From Candidatus Saccharimonadales bacterium (GTDB lineage: Bacteria > Patescibacteriota > Saccharimonadia > Saccharimonadales > UBA7683), in the NCBI GenBank assembly GCA_046350615.1, contig JAXMAA010000002.1:213204-277203 (forward strand): 64,000 nucleotides of DNA, in the 5' to 3' direction. A program made the translations under genes and the position numbers. The notes under the pieces were generated by a model. That model was not told the DNA's origin, did no database searches, and was given only the letters and a program-made list of their open reading frames with translations. Below, one piece after another: positions 57,359-64,000 of this stretch. Each line of letters starts with the position of its first letter. Position 1 is the stretch's first letter.

Positions 57359-57831
57359 AGTGATACTTCCGTTCTTACATCTATGTAGTGACCGTCCTTT
57401 TCACCATCGTCATTCATCCAAACTTTCATTGGCACGGCTTTGAATAGTCTGACCGGCCCCGACTCACTAAAAGCAGCGGGATCCCAAAATGGTGTTGGCC
57501 GCCTACTCTTTAACGTTTCATAGGCATGCTGAATCTCTTCTGGATCACTTAATTGCTTAGCCTTAGCCTGCACATAGACGCCTTCGCCTGTTCCCGGTGG
57601 CACTGTTGAGTCATAGATTACCAAAAACACATTCTCGTTATTACGAATATTCTGGGCTTTCTGGCTGTCTATGTGAGTACCCCAGAAAAAGTTGTAATCG
57701 TCATCAAAAGCAGAGTAGACAGGTGAGTTCCAAGGCATACCCTCTGGCGTGACACTGGCTATCGTAATATAGTCAATTCGCTCAATTATCTCTTTAGCTC
57801 GTTTGGATAAATCTTTAGTCATCTTTAACAC
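57355..57831 (-). CDS. Pyridoxamine 5'-phosphate oxidase-fold family protein
   Basis: ITIASVTPEGMPWNSPVY...FFWGT...SQKAQNIRNNENV pattern. Confidence 0.75.
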   Translation of the reverse strand: MLKMTKDLSKRAKEIIERIDYITIASVTPEGMPWNSPVYSAFDDDYNFFWGTHIDSQKAQNIRNNENVFLVIYDSTVPPGTGEGVYVQAKAKQLSDPEEIQHAYETLKSRRPTPFWDPAAFSESGPVRLFKAVPMKVWMNDDGEKDGHYIDVRTEVSL

Positions 57832-59403
57832 CTGAATCAGTAAGGTATGATCTTAAGACCTCTATCGACTCTTTAAGCTTTTCTTCAAAATTGGATTTTT
57901 TATTCTGCGGATAATGAATGCAATTGCGAACGAATGTAGGCAAAGTGACTTTTGCGTTTTCATCATTTGGTCTACTTGTGTCTTTGAAGCTCTTCGGCAA
58001 GCTTTTCACTTGATTGAAATACTGCTCGTCAAAAGGGCGTATACCAATCGAATCAATATGTTTTGTCGTGTCTTCTTCCTGGGAGTTTTTTTGTTGTATG
58101 AACGTGTCTCGGAGCTTATCGTACAATTCGTTATGGTATTGCTCATCAAGCACATCGAACACCTCGTAAGATACCTCAGCATATGTCGTTTGCTTATTAT
58201 CAAACTGACTAATTATTGTTTGCTCCTCGTTATTATCATCTTTCTTTTTCTCAACCCTGTGATATCTACCCAAGTCTTTCTTATCAATCATATAGTTTGA
58301 ATGAGTAGCAAAGAAGACTACGTTGTTCTTGTCGTTGTTAGTAATATTAACCAGCTGCATTAGTAAATATTCCTGAGCCTTGGGATGTAGGTGTGTCTCC
58401 GGTTCATCCAATAGCAGTATGGTATTATGAAGCTCCTCATTTCTATTCTCTGCTGCCACGGTTAGCAGGAATGAAACAAACTGCTTGAACCCATCACTAC
58501 GCATATCTGATGTTTGCGCCTTCCCGCGTGCACCGACGTCTTTAACGTGGAAATGGATATTACCCCCCATAATCTTAAAAGTGACCTCGATAGGATGATT
58601 GGGCCATGCTGATTTAATATGCGCAGTAACCTTCTCGCCAAGTTCATTTTCAAGGTATTCGCACTCAGTACTATCGGATTGCGAATCATTAAGTTTCTGA
58701 GCTATTTGGTCTTGCTGTATAGCTGCTAACCGAAAACAATTTTTGAGTGGAATTGAGATATTAGGATCAGCAATAAATTGCTCTATGTTAATGGGCTTGG
58801 ATATGAGATACCTATCTTCAGCAGTCCAGAAAATAGTTTTGTGAGCACCACTATCAACTAATTCATCAAATTCGTCCTTATTGGGGACTTCAATTTGCTG
58901 ATCACCATCAAAAACATTAACTGAATAGGCAGCCTCTTGGTCTGGGCCAGAGAAGCTAATCTCATAGTTTACAGATAGTTCTGCTGGGAGTTTCACGCTT
59001 GTTTTCGTTGGTGGCTTTGTTTTTTGTGCCTCTGTATCGGCGGGTTGTTGAGGCACTGGATCACCAGGCTCCTCTATGGGTGTCTGATCCGCCTCGGGTT
59101 CGGCCTCAACCTCAGTTTTGGCCAGAACATCGTAAAAAGATTGGTCGTCTTTCTTAGTGGCTTTATAACGGTAAGTAATGCCGACTTCTGTACCTTTGAC
59201 TCTAAATTCATTTGATAGGAGCAGCTTTGCACCGGAAACATCAACAGACCGTCCTTCAAGCCAATAGCCTTGAGAATAGAAGATTTTCAGCCTCGTTAAT
59301 ACCTATAAAACCATATGCGAAACTCTTATCATCTCTCTCTGTTAAATCAAAAGAAATTTTTAATACTCCGATAGTTTTCTACCGTAATTCTCTGGAGTAT
59401 CAT
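57815..59403 (-). pseudogene. ABC/OLD-type (AAA_15-like) ATPase gene, N-terminus disrupted and P-loop lost
   Basis: The intact 3' ORF has the signature SDGFKQ, Walker B ILLLDEPETHLH and an H-loop ATHS. The 5' end is MILQRITVENYRSIKNFF* (from 59403), then frameshifts. The P-loop position reads GINEAENLL with no GK[ST]. Confidence 0.65.
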
Positions 59404-59409
59404 TACCGA

Positions 59410-60566
59410 TTTCCTTTTGCTCTATTAATACGTACAGAAGCATCTCACAGTTTTTCTTTTTCTGTTGCGCCTTTACTCCAAGCGGATACATGATCGGCAT
59501 CCATATCGTTAAGCGACCATATTTTGTCGCCTTGTTGGCATCATGACCAATCGCACAATAGGAACAGTTCGATACACCCTTTGCTTCGGCAGCCTTTGTC
59601 TGTTCCGCATACACTACTTTTAGTTGGTTCATCAAAAGCAGCGCACATTTAGCAGTTTAGTGTCTTTTGATCCGCCTAAGATATATTCAAATACACCCCG
59701 GCGATCTTTAACTTCGTAGTCACCAGAAGCTTGTGCACTTCGGCAGACACTCCTTTGGGGTCATAGGATTCTTCGTGGTAAGCCTCATACAGTCGACCCC
59801 AATCCAGGCCTTTCATTTCACTCTCAGCATCAGTGAAGACGCTTGATATCAGTCAATGATCTTTGTAAAATGAGTTTTCAACTCAGTGATGTCAGTGTCG
59901 TGTCGATGTTTACTCGTAGTTATCAGCACCTGACTGGCCAGTTAAGAGCACACTCTAAGTAGGCTTGTCTCTTTACATCTCCAGAGATATAGGCACTCCA
60001 TTTCTGAACAAGTGAATTTTGACCCTATTACTAAACTCTTCTCTGGCAAGAGTTACAAAAGTACCTGAGTAGACAGCATTTAATATCTCTTGTTCGGTTA
60101 GTGGCACGCCGGCAATGTTTATTGTTCTAAACCAATCCTTGATTTCCGGCTCATCACCTTCACAAACGTAAATGAGTAGAGGCGTTTCTAGTATTTTCTT
60201 TTGCAAAGTCTCGGCCATGCCACTATAGAATTGCTCATGTCCATTTGCGTCAATCCACGGGAATTTACCCCCAATGAATCGTCCAATACTAGTGATGCGT
60301 TGCTGGCCATCAAGAACCTCATAACTATCTTCACCAGTCTTGTTGAAGTAGAGAAGGCCTATAGGATAGCCCTTGATGATACTGTCGATCACAGCAACAT
60401 CTCTTTTGCCATCTGCATAAATGTAGTTGCGTTGATACTCTGGCTGAATTGTGAGCTTGCCACTTAACCCAAAAAGTCCCTTACCTTCATATTCGTTATA
60501 TTCAAATCCACTGACAATATCAGCGATGGTCTTTCCCGTTTCTTTTGCCCACAGAGTAGAAATCAT
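59410..60566 (-). pseudogene. DUF262 (ParB-like, DGQQR) plus HNH GmrSD-type endonuclease gene, multiply frameshifted
   Basis: The N-terminal 197 aa are intact ([16 protein letters not shown]). Downstream pieces lie in at least 4 frames: DWGRLYEAYHEE, DYEVKDRRGVFEYILGGSKDTKLLNVR, MDADHVSAWSKGGAT, NCEML. Confidence 0.7.
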
Positions 60567-61695
60567 GCCGCAACCTTTCGATGTTTAATAAATAACTTCT
60601 TAAAAGTCTCCTTGCCATTCACGTATGTACTGCGCCCGTAAATACCGTCGGGATCCTGTCCTATACCACGGTTAGCTCCAAGAATTTCGAACTGTTCCGA
60701 AGAATACTTGTCCATAAAACTAATCGGAACCCCCATAACTCCATCATAGTCACTGGGAATTGCGTCCACGTATGGAACATCAATCGCATCATAATTATCA
60801 TACTGATCGTACGATGATTTACCCTGCATTTTCTTATTAAACTTAAGGTTGTCCGCCATACTCATTAGACTGAGTGGCTGGTGCCTTCGACCGTGATCTA
60901 AATTAGTGTACCAACGTACACCTTGGACTCGCGTAATATAGACTTTTCTACCTTGTTCGTTGACTTTGATTTCACGCACTTGATCTGGGTTCGCAATTGC
61001 TTCAGGGATTTCGTAGAACATTGCACCACCGTTTACTTTTGCGTTGTTACCGAGCCACAACTTATTGGCCTTTATCATGGGAAAGATTTCTTTATAGGTA
61101 ATTGCATTCATATTGCCGATTACCAAGAACTTTTATTCAAATAATTGACTCATGTATTCACGGAATAGGCTGAAGGCGGATTTGTTACTACGATATCGGA
61201 CTGCTTTAGCAGCTCAATACACTCAGCGCTTCGAAAATCACCATCACCTTCTAGCGGATGCCATTCATTATGTTTATTAGACTTTAGTTGTTCAGCAATA
61301 TCCTGAAGACTAAACGATCCATCACCATTAATATCGCCAACTTCGTTAATAATGAACTTATTGGCAGTCACCTTAGGTCTACCCTTATCTGGTTCAAGTG
61401 TTTTATCATCGCCGAACAAGCCAAGTTTCGTATTAGCAACTGGAGAGGGCTTATAACTAGTGGTAATGAGGCTTTTTAGGCCTAAGCGTCTAAAGTTGAG
61501 AACAAAATAACGGAAGAAATTACTCTCGAATGGGTCATCACAGTTACAATACACAACCTTACCCTTGAAGGTATCCTTGTCATATTCAATATAGGCTTCA
61601 ATTTCCTTTTGAATATCAGAAAACTGAGTGTAAAACTCATCGTTCTTTGTATTCTTTGCACTGTTAAGATTATTATTAGCCATATTACATAACAT
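60563..61695 (-). pseudogene. EcoRI-methylase-like N6-adenine DNA methyltransferase gene with a frameshift and a nonsense codon
   Basis: DEFYTQ...VVYCNCDDP...IVVTNPP, then a 1-nt loss in the NPPF codon context (NPPSAYSVNT* versus the shifted FSLFREYMSQLFE*), then KFLVIGNMNAITYKEIF continues. ATGA coupling to the DUF262 gene. Confidence 0.7.
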
Positions 61696-61874
61696 TGTAG
61701 CTTAATTACCTCGGGTATTGAAGGTGAAAACTATCCGAGCATGGATAAATATTCGCTTGTAACCGTATTTACTCCAGTACATTAAGGAGTGATAATGCTT
61801 ATGCTATAAAATAATACTTGCTTTTTTGCAAATCTTTGATCTATCATAAAAGCACAACATCAACGGAGGGTCAA

Positions 61875-62219
61875 ATGATCAGAAGGTCCACACCAAATAA
61901 AATCGTTACGTTTATAGTAACACTGGGTCTGCCACTTGTGCTAACGCAACCAGCATACGCGGCAACGGCGGGGGTAAGTAACGTCGAAAACTTTATTAGA
62001 AGTATAATCACGGTCTTTGCAGGACTAGCCGGTCTCGTAGCGACCGGTTTTTTAGTTGCAGGGGGCTTTATTTACATTACCAGCTCAGGCAATCCAGAAC
62101 ACCTCGATCGCGGTAAGCGCACTATTACCTATGCACTGATTGGTCTAGCTATCACAATCGGGGCGTTTGTGATTAGCCAAATTGTGACCACACTCGCGAC
62201 CAACGCCTTCGGAGGGTAG
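61875..62219 (+). CDS. T4SS pilin-like protein (VirB2/TrbC-like)
   Basis: GGAGGG RBS, a signal peptide ending AYAATA, and two TM helices flanking SSGNPEHLDRGKR. Confidence 0.7.
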   Translation: MIRRSTPNKIVTFIVTLGLPLVLTQPAYAATAGVSNVENFIRSIITVFAGLAGLVATGFLVAGGFIYITSSGNPEHLDRGKRTITYALIGLAITIGAFVISQIVTTLATNAFGG

Positions 62220-62222
62220 ATC

Positions 62223-63689
62223 ATGCTGAGCTTCGCGCACACGGGTCTGTCGCTCCTGGCAGACACGTCTGGTGCTATCTCAGTAATGCGCGACTACATC
62301 CGGCCAACCATCCAAATGCTGGCTGGGCTAGCTTCGATTGCCTGCACCCTCTTCTTAGTGCACGGTGGGTATCTCTACATGACCAGTCGAGGCAACCCTG
62401 AATCGCTTGAAACTGCTAAGCGCGTGGTTCGCAATGCTCTGATCGGCTTGGTTATCGTTCTTGGAGCGATGACCCTCACAACTATTCTTTCTGGCGCGTA
62501 TGGAAACCCTTCAAATGTAGGTGGTGCAAATCTACCTAACCTCCAAGCTATCCAGCCACAAGATGCCGGTAGCGGCTTGGTCGAGGTGCTCATTAAAGCC
62601 GTGACGGGTTTCTTAAATAACATTATTCAAACCATCGGTGCGCCGTTCCTCTCAGCACTAGACTTCTTTACTAAGGGAACGCCCCTCATGGCGCAGAACC
62701 CTGGCGTGTTTAATCTGTGGCTCGCCGTGGTTGGCATTACTGACGTACTGTTTATCCTAATTGTGGCGCTGCTGGGTTTCCACGTCATGAGTGCTGCTAG
62801 CCTTGGCCTAGATGAAATTGAGTTTAAGCACCTCCTGCCGCGAATAGGCCTGGCGTTCTTACTCGTAAATACCTCAATCTTTGTCATCGACTTCGTGATA
62901 GAACTGTCTAATGTACTGATTAACGCCATTACTAAAGTGACGGGTGCAACCTCGGTCTGGGTAACACTGACGGCAGTTGTGAAAGAAAGCGGTGGTCAAA
63001 GTGCCGCAGCTCTGCTGGTCATGATAGCCTTCCTAATCTTCTCAGTGATTCTTTTGATCTACTATGTTGGCCGCTTGGTCGTCCTATTCCTCGGTGCTGT
63101 CCTCTCGCCATTAGTTATTGGCTTATCACTCCTGCCAAGTTTTCGAGACTTCTCGGTAACCGCAGCTAGAACGTACGTTACAACCATATTCGTGCTATTC
63201 GTGCATGTGGTTACGCTCGAACTTGCAGCCACACTATTTGTCGGCTTATCTGCCACGGATGGCAATAACGGCCTCCCAAATGTCCTCATGTCGATGGTGA
63301 TAGGCCTGGCTACGGTGCTAACCCTTCTTAAAACCCAAGGTGTCATGATGCAATTTGGCTATGTCAGTTTAGGAGCTCGTAACGCCCGTAAGCTCGGCAG
63401 CCAGTTCATGAACGGTGTCAGCTACCTTACCGGCAAGGGTCAAGCAGCCGTCTCAAGTGTCAGTAGTAAAGCCAGCAGTGGTGCAGCAGCAGCAAGTAGC
63501 AAATCCACTCGCACTACCACTCAAACAAACACTGGCTACAAACAACCAAAAAATATGAACACTCAGGCCAAGACCAGTACCCAGCGTAAACGACCGGAAA
63601 CTGGCACCACCATTGAAGCACCGAAAGTAACACCTAGAAGCGAGGCAACTAACGCCAAGCTAGCGAAATCTAAGAAGGAGGAGAAATAA
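62223..63689 (+). CDS. Fusion of a second pilin-like module with a VirB6/TrbL-like polytopic membrane domain and a Ser/Thr/Lys-rich tail
   Basis: The N-terminal ~95 aa parallel the pilin (TSRGNPESLETAKRVVRNALIGLVI versus SSGNPEHLDRGKRTITYALIGLAI). At least five further TM segments follow. Confidence 0.65.
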   Translation: MLSFAHTGLSLLADTSGAISVMRDYIRPTIQMLAGLASIACTLFLVHGGYLYMTSRGNPESLETAKRVVRNALIGLVIVLGAMTLTTILSGAYGNPSNVGGANLPNLQAIQPQDAGSGLVEVLIKAVTGFLNNIIQTIGAPFLSALDFFTKGTPLMAQNPGVFNLWLAVVGITDVLFILIVALLGFHVMSAASLGLDEIEFKHLLPRIGLAFLLVNTSIFVIDFVIELSNVLINAITKVTGATSVWVTLTAVVKESGGQSAAALLVMIAFLIFSVILLIYYVGRLVVLFLGAVLSPLVIGLSLLPSFRDFSVTAARTYVTTIFVLFVHVVTLELAATLFVGLSATDGNNGLPNVLMSMVIGLATVLTLLKTQGVMMQFGYVSLGARNARKLGSQFMNGVSYLTGKGQAAVSSVSSKASSGAAAASSKSTRTTTQTNTGYKQPKNMNTQAKTSTQRKRPETGTTIEAPKVTPRSEATNAKLAKSKKEEK

Positions 63690-63690
63690 C

Positions 63691-64000
63691 ATGAAAGCAA
63701 CTGTCGTTCCAGCTCAAGTAACTACTATTGAAGACCGGATCATGGGGAACCTTGGTTTCTCGCAACTCGCCCTGTTTGTCGTACCCGTGTTTGTCGGCGC
63801 AGGTTTGTTCATTATCTTGCCACCTGTCATGCACGGCAGCCCGTATAAGTACCTGGTAGCCATTCTGATCGGCGTTATCTGCGATGTCTTGGCTATCCGT
63901 ATCAAGGGCAAGATTATCTTGCTCTGGCTGGTGACCATTCTGCGCTACAACCTCAGACCAAAGTATTACTTATTTAAGAAGAATACAGTCATGTATCGCG
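63691..64000 (+). CDS. PrgI-family (VirB3-like) T4SS membrane protein, 3' end cut by window edge
   Basis: AAGGAGGAG RBS. MKATVVPAQVTTIEDRIMGNLGFSQLALF matches the PrgI N-terminal pattern. The frame is open to the window end. Confidence 0.6.
   Translation, partial: MKATVVPAQVTTIEDRIMGNLGFSQLALFVVPVFVGAGLFIILPPVMHGSPYKYLVAILIGVICDVLAIRIKGKIILLWLVTILRYNLRPKYYLFKKNTVMYR

Overview
The gene content looks like a small-genome CPR/Patescibacteria bacterium, probably Saccharibacteria-like. This is inferred from the PrgI/VirB2-like T4SS genes, a four-helix-bundle IVS-protein cassette, GTCATCCTGA-type hairpin repeats, an rpsP-KH-trmD block without rimM, and mostly standard-code compact operons. Core genes present are ligA, rdgB-like, murF-like, ddl, leuS, rpmF, nusB, rnc, rpsP, a KH protein, trmD, lemA, htpX and eight tRNAs (His, Leu-GAG, Val, Phe, Gly, Cys, Leu-TAA, Ala), all with encoded CCA. 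Accessory content: (i) an integrative element at the 3' end of tRNA-Gly with a large serine recombinase, a Rep-like gene, SpoVG, an Xis-like HTH protein, a HEPN-like plus unknown gene pair, DUF4352 and XRE; (ii) a free-standing LAGLIDADG gene wedged into a tRNA cluster; (iii) two very large surface proteins, one a 1899-aa sensor histidine kinase; (iv) a cluster of small DUF/VOC genes; (v) a duplicated single-HKD PLD-nuclease cassette; (vi) a three-gene methylase-DUF262/HNH-ATPase operon that is entirely pseudogenised; (vii) the start of a T4SS-like cluster at the right edge. The most unusual observations are two insertions in leuS: one bounded by the same inverted-repeat termini as an intergenic hairpin element, and one a complete Nudix domain. 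Also notable are a ~62-65% GC membrane-protein gene sitting where rimM normally lies, a pair of ~79% identical 66-nt intergenic elements each followed by a terminator-like hairpin, and a tRNA-Cys with a non-canonical elbow. No CRISPR array, rRNA or reverse transcriptase was seen. All coordinates were hand-counted and RNA or motif ends may be off by a few nt. All family assignments come from motif recognition, not database searches.
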